From NCBI GenBank assembly GCA_963725585.1, contig CAVRYU010000006.1:20540-84539 (forward strand): 64,000 nt of DNA, written 5' to 3'. The notes below the pieces were generated by a model. The model was not told the DNA's origin, ran no database searches, and worked only from the letters and a program-made list of their open reading frames with translations. The stretch comes from an uncultured Bacteroidales bacterium. GTDB taxonomy: Bacteria > Bacteroidota > Bacteroidia > Bacteroidales > VadinHA17. Both the position numbers and the translations under genes were made by a program. Below are positions 53,754 through 64,000 of this stretch, in pieces (positions within the stretch are counted from its first letter, which is position 1; the number at the start of each line of letters is the position of its first letter).

Positions 53754-55094
53754 ATGGGCTATTTATTCACTTCCGAATCAGTTTCAGAAGGCCACCCCGA
53801 TAAGGTTGCCGATCAGATATCAGATGCCTTGCTTGACGAATTCCTCAAATGGGATCCGGAGTCAAGAGTTGCATGCGAGACTTTTGTAACCACAGGACTT
53901 GTCCTTTGCGGCGGAGAAGTTCGAACCGATGGCTGGGTGGATGTCCAGGAGACAGCCCGGCGGGTGATCAGGAAGATAGGCTATACAAAAGCCGAATACC
54001 GATTCGACTGCGACTCCTGCGGTGTTATTTCAACGATTCATGAGCAATCGAGCGATATAAGCCAGGGTGTGGTTCGCGAAAAACCCGAGGAACAGGGAGC
54101 CGGCGACCAGGGAATGATGTTCGGCTATGCATGTCGCGAAATGGATAACTTCATGCCTGTCAGCATCGAGCTCGCCCACATCCTTCTGCAGGAACTTGCC
54201 GCAATAAGGCACGAAGGGAAACAGATGAAATACCTCAGGCCCGACAGCAAATCGCAGGTTACAATAGAATATGATGACAATAACAAACCTGTCAGGATAG
54301 ATACAATTGTAATCAGCACCCAGCATGATGAGTTTGTCCTTCCAAAAGACAGATCTCAGAAGGCTGAGAAAGCCGCTGAGAGAGAGATGCAGAAAAAAAT
54401 TGCTGAGGACCTGAATAAATATCTAATCCCAAAAGTAAAGAAGACTCTTCCGGCAGAAATCAGGAAACTCTTTAAAAGCGACATTAAACTTCTTGTCAAT
54501 CCGACAGGTAAATTCGTAATAGGAGGACCCCACGGAGATACAGGTCTGACAGGCCGAAAAATCATAGTTGATACATATGGCGGTCATGGAGCTCACGGCG
54601 GAGGAGCATTTTCCGGGAAAGACTCATCAAAGGTTGACAGGTCGGCAGCCTATGCAGCTCGTCATATTGCCAAGAACCTTGTTGCTTCAGGAGTATGCGA
54701 CCAGGCGCTGATACAAATAGCTTATGCAATAGGCGTGGCGCAACCTGTCGGCTTATTCGTCAATACATATGGCACTGCAAAAGTAAAAGACAAAAAGGGA
54801 AATATTCTTCACGACAGTGAGATCCATCAAAACTGAAAGATCTTTTTGATCTGCGTCCATATTCAATTGTAAAGAATTCGGACTGAAAAATCCTATATTC
54901 TCACCGACCACTACATATGGTCATTTCGGACGCGACTATGAGGTAAAGGAAGTGGAAGTCTATTACGAAGTGCCTGGCTCCAGGCCTAAAACAGTAAACG
55001 GCAACGGTAAAAAAGTCTATACCAAAAAGGTCGAATTCTTTGCCTGGGAAAAGCTGGATTATGTCGACAAGATCAGGAAAGCATTCAATTGTAA
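53754..55094 (+). CDS. metK: S-adenosylmethionine synthetase; 3' end broken by about three indels
   Basis: [34 protein letters not shown] and GGGAFSGKD; downstream frames continue FDLRPY, YGHFGR and WEKLDYVD. Confidence 0.96.
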
Positions 55095-55124
55095 TTGGCT
55101 CAGCCCACTGACTTTAATATTCTT

Positions 55125-55265
55125 AACCCTTCCTCCATCTCCTTCCCTTAAGACAACCGGAAGGGAAGGAGGAAAGCACAAAAAATTAAGATCTCTCTTC
55201 TCCCTTACCGCCGAACCGGGAAGAGGCCCGGACCATGGTTAAGCAAAATCAGAGCCGGGTGGGTT
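55125..55265. repeat. Branched palindromic element between convergent metK and metF
   Basis: CTCCTTCCCTT/AAGGGAAGGAG stem, CTCTTC/GAAGAG and CCCGG/CCGGG stems, with AACCC/GGGTT ends. Confidence 0.6.
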
Positions 55266-55268
55266 TTT

Positions 55269-56222
55269 TCAGAATGCCTCCTTCACAATCCTCGCCACAT
55301 TATCGGACCTCCCAAGGGTATAGTAATGTATCCCCGGCACTCCCTCTTTTATAAGCTCTTTCGACTGCATTGCCGCCCATTCGATGCCAACCTCCCTGGC
55401 TTCTTTGTCGCTCTGGCATTTCTGAAGCGCAAGAACCAGATCATGAGGCATATCAATGTGGAAGGTCTGAGGAAGCAGATTAATGTCGTTCAACGCTGAG
55501 ATCGGCTTTATGCCGGCAATTATCGGGACATCTATTCCGATACACCTGCATTCATCCCGGAATCTGAAGAACTTTCTGTTATCGAAGAACATCTGGGTTA
55601 CAATGTAGGCGGCGCCCGAATCGACTTTGTGCTTAAGGTTTTCAAGATCAACCTGTCTGTTGGGAGCCTCAAAATGCTTTTCAGGATATCCTGCCACACC
55701 AATGCAGAATGATGTAGGTGCAGTATCTTCAAGAGATTCCTCCAGATACCTTCCGTTATTCATGTTGACAATCTGCTTCACAAGTTCAAACGTATGGGTG
55801 TGGCCCTCTTTCTCCGGAATAAATGTACGGCTCCCCTTCTGCGGATCACCCCTCAGGGCAAGTACATCATCGATTCCGAGGAAGTTCATCTCAATGAGCA
55901 CATTTTCCGTTTCTTCTTTGGTGAAACCTCCGCACAGCAGATGCGGTACAACCGGGATATTATATTTGTATTTTACAGCTGCTGCAAGGGCGATCGTCCC
56001 GGGTCTTTTTCTTACAACTCTCTTTTCAAGCAGTCCGTCAGGCCTTTCCCGGAATGTAGTCTCATTCCTGTGAGATGTAAAATTTATATAGGCCGGACTG
56101 AACTCGACAAGTCTGTCAATCGTGGAATAGACTCTTTCGATGCTGTGACCTTTCAGCGGCGGCAGTAATTCGAATGTAAACAAAGTGCCTTTCGCGTTCC
56201 TGATTTTATCAATAACACTCAT
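55269..56222 (-). CDS. metF: 5,10-methylenetetrahydrofolate reductase
   Basis: TFELLPP, VPHLLC, LALRGDP, VAGYPEKH, VTQMFFD and GIHYYT. Confidence 0.95.
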   Translation of the reverse strand: MSVIDKIRNAKGTLFTFELLPPLKGHSIERVYSTIDRLVEFSPAYINFTSHRNETTFRERPDGLLEKRVVRKRPGTIALAAAVKYKYNIPVVPHLLCGGFTKEETENVLIEMNFLGIDDVLALRGDPQKGSRTFIPEKEGHTHTFELVKQIVNMNNGRYLEESLEDTAPTSFCIGVAGYPEKHFEAPNRQVDLENLKHKVDSGAAYIVTQMFFDNRKFFRFRDECRCIGIDVPIIAGIKPISALNDINLLPQTFHIDMPHDLVLALQKCQSDKEAREVGIEWAAMQSKELIKEGVPGIHYYTLGRSDNVARIVKEAF

Positions 56223-56232
56223 ATATTCTCTT

Positions 56233-59200
56233 TCATAAATTCGGAGCAAGCCATCTGGCTGTCTCTTCAACACTCATTTTTTTCCGTGATGCATAATCCT
56301 TCAGCTGGTCCTCTCCTATCTTCCCGATATTGAAATAGACTGATCCGGGATGAGAGAAGATATAACCGCTTACCGCCGCAGGAGGTGTCATAGCGAAATT
56401 CTCAGTCAGCCCTGCACCAGTCAGCCTTTCTGCATCAAGAAGGTCAAAGATAGTGCGTTTTTCTGTATGATCAGGACAGGCAGGGTATCCGGGCGCAGGC
56501 CTGATCCCCCTGTATTTTATTTTTAAAAGATCTTCGATGCTCAGATCCTCATCGGCAGAATAACCCCAGTATTTCTTCCGGACCAGTTCGTGAAGATACT
56601 CGGCAGCTGCTTCAGCAATACGGTCGCTGAGGATCCTTATCATGATCAGGGCATAATCATCATCCTTGTAATTCCTGAGTGCTTCATTATCGAGTGTTGC
56701 AGTTACAACAAACGCCCCGATGTAGTCTGTAATCCCTGTAGATTCGGGAGCGATAAAATCAGAAAGCGAAAGATTGGGAATTCCTTTTTCCTTCGGTTCC
56801 TGGTTTCTCAGGAACCTGAAGGTTGTTTTAACTTCATTCTTATTCTTACCGTTAAGAACTCTTACATCATCGCCAGAGGAAACAGCCTTAAATAATCCAA
56901 AAATTCCATTGGCCTTCAGAAGTTTTCTGTCAATAATCTCCTGAAAATAGGTTTGCCCGTCATTAAAAAGCTTTTTAGCTTCTTCCCCCTTAACAGGATC
57001 CCCGAAGATTGCAGGGTATTTTCCCGACAACTTCCAGGCAAAGAAAAAGTAAGTCCAGTCGATATATTTTGCAAGTATATTGAGATCAAATTCTTCAATT
57101 AAATGAAGTCCGGGCTTTAATGGCGGATGTATCCTTGCTGATTTCCAGTTGGTAAACAGCCGGTTCTTCCGTGCCTCCTCCAGGGTGAGCAGCTTTTTAT
57201 CTGACTTTCGTGAATTGTGGTCATCAAGCATCTTTTTATATTTCTCCCTGATCGCATTGACATAATCAGAATTGTTTTCCCGGAGAAGTGAAGAGAGTAC
57301 CCCTGCCGCTTTTGAAGCATCCTTCACATGAACCACGGTTTTTGAATATGCAGGTGCGATTTTGACTGCCGCATGGATCTCGGAAGTCGTTGCCCCTCCA
57401 ATAAGAAGAGGCACCTCAATTTTTCTCCTCTGCATCTCGGATGCCACCAGAACCATCTCTTCAAGCGATGGGGTAATTAGTCCGCTGAGCCCTATGAAAT
57501 CAGCCTTTTCTTTGATTGCAGTATCGATAATTTTGTCAGCGGGTACCATTACACCAAGATCGATTACCTGGTAGTTATTACACGACAGAACTACTCCTAC
57601 AATATTCTTGCCTATATCATGAACATCTCCCTTAACTGTTGCAAGAAGTATTTTTCCTGCTGTTTTCTTTTCCTCCCCTTCGCTCTCTTTTTCAATATAC
57701 GGAGCCAGAACTGCCACTGCTTTTTTCATCACCCTGGCACTCTTCACTACCTGCGGAAGGAACATCTTTCCTGATCCGAACAGGTCGCCAACTTCATTCA
57801 TACCTCCCATCAGAGGACCTTCGATAACTTCAATCGAACGGCTGAATAACGGACGGGCTTCTTCAATATCACTTTCAATGAACTCATCAAGTCCCCGTTT
57901 GAGGGAATGCCTGATACGTTCCAGAACGGGAAGTGACCGCCATTCATCTGCTTTCTCTTCCTTTTTGCCTTCATTCTTTAATCCTTCGGCAAATTTTACA
58001 AGCCTTTCGGTGGCGTCTTTACGGCGGTTCAGTACAACATCTTCAGTAAGCTGAAGAAGATCAGGGGAGATTTCACTGTAAACCTGAAGCATGCCCGGAT
58101 TGACAATACCCATATCGAGACCTGCCTTTATAGCATGATAAAGGAACACCGAATGCATTGCTTCACGCACTTTGTCAATACCGCGGAATGAGAATGAGAG
58201 GTTGCTTATGCCACCACTGATCTTTGCATGGGGAAGGTTCTGCTTGATCCATTCTGCAGCTCTTAAGAAATTAACCGCATAGTTATTATGCTCCTCAATG
58301 CCTGTCGCAATGGCAAGCACATTGGGATCAAATATTATATCTTCAGGAGGAAAGCCTGCTTTTTCACAAAGAAGATTGTACGATCTTCCGGCTACCTCAA
58401 TTCTTTTTTCGAAGGTATCCGCCTGACCCTTTTCATCAAATAGCATCACAACAGCAGCAGCCCCGTATTTTCTTATTTTACGGGCATGATCGAGGAATAC
58501 CTTTTCTCCCTCTTTCAGGCTTATCGAATTGACAACCGATTTACCCTGAATGCACTTCAGTGCCGCCTCAATAACGCTCCATCTTGATGAGTCGATCATC
58601 AGAGGCAGCTTTGCAATATCGGGTTCTGACATTATAAGGTTGACGAATTTAACCATTGCCTTCTCCGAATCAAGCATTGCTTCATCCATGCAGATGTCGA
58701 TTATCTGGGCTCCACCCTCAACCTGTGTCCTTGCTATTGCAAGAGCCTCATCATATTTTTCTTCTTTTATAAGACGTGCAAATTTGATCGACCCCGAAAC
58801 ATTTGTACGTTCACCTATATTGACAAAATTCGTCCGGGGAGTAATTGTCAGAGCTTCAAGCCCGCTGAGTCTCGTATACTTTTCTATTTCCGGTTTTATC
58901 CGCGGTTTAAATTGTTTTGCTTTTTCTGCAATTTTTCGGATATGTTCCGGGGTTGTGCCGCAGCAGCCACCAATTATATTCACCCACCCTTCCTTCATGA
59001 AATCCTCAGCAACTGAAGCCATAAATTCAGCAGTCTGGTCATATTCACCGAACTGGTTCGGCAGTCCCGCATTCGGATGAGCTGAAACATAAAATCCTGC
59101 TTTTGCAGAGAGTTCCTGAATGTAGGGTCTCAGCTGTTCAGCTCCAAGGGCGCAGTTCAATCCGACACTGAACAGGGGAAAATGTGAAACAGATATCAGG

Positions 59201-59883
59201 AATGCTTCAAGGGTCTGGCCTGTCAGCGTCCTGCCGCTTGCATCAGTAATAGTACCGGATACCATTACGGGGAGGCGGATCGCTCTTTCCTCAAAAACCG
59301 TTTCAATTGCAAAAAGTGCTGCTTTGCAGTTCAGGACATCAAATATAGTTTCCACGAGCAGGATATCCGTTCCTCCGTCAATAAGTCCCCTGGCCTGTTC
59401 CGAATAAGCCTCCACCAGCTGATCAAACGTTACAGACCTGGCACCGGGATCATTTACGTCGGACGACATTGAAGCGGTCCGGTTTGTCGGTCCAAGAGTT
59501 CCAACTATAAAGTGACTTTCAGGTTTTGCTGAATTTTCAAATTGAGTGATTGCCTTTTCAACAAGCTTTGCCGACTGAAAATTCATCTCATAAACCAGGT
59601 CTTCCATGCCATAATCAGCCATCGAGATCCTGTTTGAATTGAAAGTATTTGTTGTTATCAGGTCTGCTCCTGCCTCGAGATACTCTTTATGAATATTCAG
59701 GATTATCTCCGGCTTTGTTAAAGACAGAATATCATTATTCCCTTTAAGAGGCTTTGGATGATCCCTGAATTGTTCACCGCGAAAATCAGCTTCCTGAAGC
59801 TTATGCTTCTGGATCATTGTCCCCATTGCACCATCGAGGATCAGGATGCGGTGTTGGATAATGTCTTCCAAATTATTTCTCAT
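56233..59883 (-). CDS. metH: Cobalamin-dependent methionine synthase (full-length)
   Basis: LDGAMGT, GGCCGT, IGERTNV, the B12 motif [13 protein letters not shown] and [12 protein letters not shown]. Confidence 0.98.
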   Translation of the reverse strand: MRNNLEDIIQHRILILDGAMGTMIQKHKLQEADFRGEQFRDHPKPLKGNNDILSLTKPEIILNIHKEYLEAGADLITTNTFNSNRISMADYGMEDLVYEMNFQSAKLVEKAITQFENSAKPESHFIVGTLGPTNRTASMSSDVNDPGARSVTFDQLVEAYSEQARGLIDGGTDILLVETIFDVLNCKAALFAIETVFEERAIRLPVMVSGTITDASGRTLTGQTLEAFLISVSHFPLFSVGLNCALGAEQLRPYIQELSAKAGFYVSAHPNAGLPNQFGEYDQTAEFMASVAEDFMKEGWVNIIGGCCGTTPEHIRKIAEKAKQFKPRIKPEIEKYTRLSGLEALTITPRTNFVNIGERTNVSGSIKFARLIKEEKYDEALAIARTQVEGGAQIIDICMDEAMLDSEKAMVKFVNLIMSEPDIAKLPLMIDSSRWSVIEAALKCIQGKSVVNSISLKEGEKVFLDHARKIRKYGAAAVVMLFDEKGQADTFEKRIEVAGRSYNLLCEKAGFPPEDIIFDPNVLAIATGIEEHNNYAVNFLRAAEWIKQNLPHAKISGGISNLSFSFRGIDKVREAMHSVFLYHAIKAGLDMGIVNPGMLQVYSEISPDLLQLTEDVVLNRRKDATERLVKFAEGLKNEGKKEEKADEWRSLPVLERIRHSLKRGLDEFIESDIEEARPLFSRSIEVIEGPLMGGMNEVGDLFGSGKMFLPQVVKSARVMKKAVAVLAPYIEKESEGEEKKTAGKILLATVKGDVHDIGKNIVGVVLSCNNYQVIDLGVMVPADKIIDTAIKEKADFIGLSGLITPSLEEMVLVASEMQRRKIEVPLLIGGATTSEIHAAVKIAPAYSKTVVHVKDASKAAGVLSSLLRENNSDYVNAIREKYKKMLDDHNSRKSDKKLLTLEEARKNRLFTNWKSARIHPPLKPGLHLIEEFDLNILAKYIDWTYFFFAWKLSGKYPAIFGDPVKGEEAKKLFNDGQTYFQEIIDRKLLKANGIFGLFKAVSSGDDVRVLNGKNKNEVKTTFRFLRNQEPKEKGIPNLSLSDFIAPESTGITDYIGAFVVTATLDNEALRNYKDDDYALIMIRILSDRIAEAAAEYLHELVRKKYWGYSADEDLSIEDLLKIKYRGIRPAPGYPACPDHTEKRTIFDLLDAERLTGAGLTENFAMTPPAAVSGYIFSHPGSVYFNIGKIGEDQLKDYASRKKMSVEETARWLAPNL

Positions 59884-59912
59884 CGGATTAAATCTGTTTC
59901 ATTTAGTTTTCA

Positions 59913-59988
59913 GGTTTGAGGTGTGTGGTATGAGGTGCGTGGAAGAACTCCAAATCATTGGCTTTCCTCATACCCCATACCCCGTACC

Positions 59989-59995
<7 letters not shown>
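59913..59995. repeat. Inverted 7-mer arrays (GGTATGA-like x4 / TCATACC-like x4) between hom and metH
   Basis: GGTTTGA GGTGTGT GGTATGA GGTGCGT ... TCATACC CCATACC CCGTACC TCATACC; the last unit contains the hom stop codon. Confidence 0.75.
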
Positions 59996-62514
<2,519 letters not shown>

Positions 62515-62534
62515 TTAATATTTTAAAATCGTTC

Positions 62535-62614
62535 CTACCCCCTTTCATTTTCCCCCAAGGGGGAAATGTAAAACTAACTCCGTCCCCTGTGGGGGAAGGT
62601 TGGGGAAGGGGGTA
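62535..62614. repeat. G/C-tract palindromic element in the met operon leader
   Basis: TACCCCCTT/AAGGGGGTA ends enclosing TTTCCCCC-AA-GGGGGAAA and CCCC-TGT-GGGG hairpins. Confidence 0.72.
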
Positions 62615-62667
62615 AACCCAAATGATCTGAATGATTAATGAAACCTGATTCCTTCCAGATCAACCCT

Positions 62668-62736
62668 TTACCATTCCATGCACATAGGCATAAGCGGCAG
62701 AAAGTGGCTTTTTTGAATCGAATGAAATGTTTTCAT
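62668..62736 (-). CDS. Putative Met/Cys-rich leader peptide MKTFHSIQKSHFLPLMPMCMEW
   Basis: 22-codon ORF with an A-rich Bacteroidota-type initiation region (AAATAAACACAAGAACA-ATG), located between the SAM-I aptamer and metY. The last seven codons hold three Met and one Cys. Confidence 0.65.
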   Translation of the reverse strand: MKTFHSIQKSHFLPLMPMCMEW

Positions 62737-62744
62737 TGTTCTTG

Positions 62745-62879
62745 TGTTTATTTTTATCATCTCCCGTTTTTCCGGGATTAGGTTTTGGCACCTTTCTCCG
62801 TCTGTCAGCTGACTGATGGATTGGTTGCCAGGGTTTCACAGAGCCTAATCTCTTCGCCCTTCTTAATAAAAATCAAACA
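62745..62879 (-). ncRNA. SAM-I (S-box) riboswitch controlling metY-hom-metH-metF
   Basis: The minus strand reads TTATTAAGAAGGGCGAAGAGATTAGGCTCTGTGAAACCCTGGCAACC...AAGGTGCCAAAACCTAATCCCG-GAAAAA-CGGGAGATGATAA, with the GCAACC/GGTGC core and P1, P2 and P4. Confidence 0.92.
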
Positions 62880-62913
62880 ACCTTAAATGGAAGGAATATT
62901 TGATTTGTGACTG

Positions 62914-62944
62914 CAAATGTATGAATGATTTTGAAAAATGCAAA
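62914..62944 (-). promoter_or_regulatory. Promoter TTTG-N19-TACATTTG driving the SAM-I leader
   Basis: -33 and -7 elements with 19-nt spacing about 35 bp upstream of the aptamer. Confidence 0.65.
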
Positions 62945-62973
62945 AAAATGATTACCCACTTTACCTTTTTTTA

Positions 62974-63074
62974 CCTTTCCCCAAACCCCTCCCCCAGGAG
63001 GGAGGGGCTTAAACTATTGTTAATCTGAATTATAGCCCCCTTCTCTCCTGGGAGAAGGGGGTTGGGGGATGAGG
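62974..63074. repeat. G/C-tract palindromic element (two inverted hairpin arms)
   Basis: CCTTTCCCCAAACCCCTCCC-CCAGGA-GGGAGGGGCT ... AGCCCCCTTCTC-TCCTGG-GAGAAGGGGGTTGGGGGATGAGG. Confidence 0.78.
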
Positions 63075-63119
63075 CCGACTTAGCACCAGAGAGTGGTTTG
63101 AAGGAGTTTTTGTCCTCTA

Positions 63120-63219
63120 ACCACGGCTTTAAACGGAGTTTAACACAGAGTTGCACGGATTTACTTCAATTCTCAAAAAAACAGTGCGACTCCGTATTGA
63201 CTCCGTGAGACTCTGTGGT
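63120..63219. repeat. Imperfect inverted repeat built from CAC(A/G)GAG units
   Basis: ACCACGGCTTTAAACGGAGTTTAACACAGAGTTGCACGG versus the reverse complement of the right arm, ACCACAGAGTCTCACGGAGTCAATACGGAGTCGCACTG. Confidence 0.7.
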
Positions 63220-63326
63220 AAAAACGTAGTTAGTATGAAATCCAGGTGGTTTATCCCTAAAGAAAACTCCGTCGTGGTGAGATTCTATTTTTTACTTTAC
63301 TTTTGTATCAAATCAATGTTTGGCAA

Positions 63327-64000
63327 ATGCAGAATAACTTTACAATCTATAACAGTCTTTCAAGACAGAAAGAATTATTCAAACCCCTTCATCCGCCATT
63401 CGTAGGGCTTTATGTTTGCGGTCCGACAGTTTACAGTAATGCTCATCTGGGCCATGCAAGACCGGCAATTACGTTCGACCTTCTTTACAGGTATCTTATG
63501 CATATCGGATATAAAGTCAGGTATGTACGTAATATTACCGATGTCGGTCATCTCGAGAATGATGCTGATGAGGGTGAGGATAAGATTGAAAAGACTGCCC
63601 GCATTGAACATCTTGAACCCATGGAGGTTGTTCAGAATTACATGAACACCTTCCACAGGAATATGGATCAGCTGAATACTCTTAAACCTTCGATTGAACC
63701 ACGGGCCTCCGGACATATAATAGAACAACAGGAATTTATAAAGCATCTGCTTGATAAAGGTTATGCGTATGAGGTAAATGGTTCAGTCTATTTTGACGTA
63801 TTTAAGTATAACAAGAAGTATAAATACGGAAAACTCTCAGGCCGTGTTCTTGAGGATCTTCAGGCAAATACAAGGGTTCTTGAAGGTCAGGATGAAAAAC
63901 ATAATCCGTTTGATTTTGCGCTCTGGAAAAAGGCGACACCCGAACACCTTATGAAATGGTCATCGCAATGGAGCAATGGATATCCCGGATGGCATCTCGA
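63327..64000 (+). CDS. cysS: Cysteine--tRNA ligase, 3'-partial (runs off the window end)
   Basis: [47 protein letters not shown] and GYPGWHLE; TACTTTTG -7 box at 63298-63305. Confidence 0.96.
   Translation, partial: MQNNFTIYNSLSRQKELFKPLHPPFVGLYVCGPTVYSNAHLGHARPAITFDLLYRYLMHIGYKVRYVRNITDVGHLENDADEGEDKIEKTARIEHLEPMEVVQNYMNTFHRNMDQLNTLKPSIEPRASGHIIEQQEFIKHLLDKGYAYEVNGSVYFDVFKYNKKYKYGKLSGRVLEDLQANTRVLEGQDEKHNPFDFALWKKATPEHLMKWSSQWSNGYPGWHL

Noticed and set aside
62971-63405. Short ORFs 62971-63156 (-) and 63151-63405 (+)
   Set aside because: They run through palindromic repeats and the cysS promoter or start; the LPGEKG/GEGFGER-type text comes from the G/C tracts.

Overview
Mostly housekeeping DNA from a Bacteroidota (probably Bacteroidales) chromosome, judged from many TAnnTTTG -7 promoter boxes, the porP-porK/L/M/N (gldK/L/M/N) type IX secretion operon and Bacteroidota-style gene families. 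It carries four aminoacyl-tRNA synthetase genes (metG, trpS, asnS, partial cysS), a wbpE/D/B-like plus galE-rfbB nucleotide-sugar operon, glmS, panC/D, radA, PBP1A, topA, manC, mlaE/F, a TonB-dependent receptor, rbfA, rpoN and a methionine/SAM cluster (metK converging on metY-hom-metH-metF). About 17 small indels split or alter ORFs, including essential genes, which is best explained by long-read consensus error. I found no CRISPR array, tRNA/rRNA, transposase, integrase or defence gene. The most interesting signal is non-coding or tiny: (1) a SAM-I riboswitch whose extended P1 helix covers the initiation region of an unannotated 22-codon Met/Cys-rich leader ORF (MKTFHSIQKSHFLPLMPMCMEW) ahead of the met operon, suggesting two-tier SAM plus Met/Cys-tRNA control; (2) a SAM-II-like riboswitch before metK; (3) about six distinct families of intergenic palindromic elements, including a 3+3 inverted hairpin array with unique spacers; (4) a 5'-truncated SPFH gene abutting gldA with no promoter space. 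All gene names come from reading motifs by eye; no database search was run.
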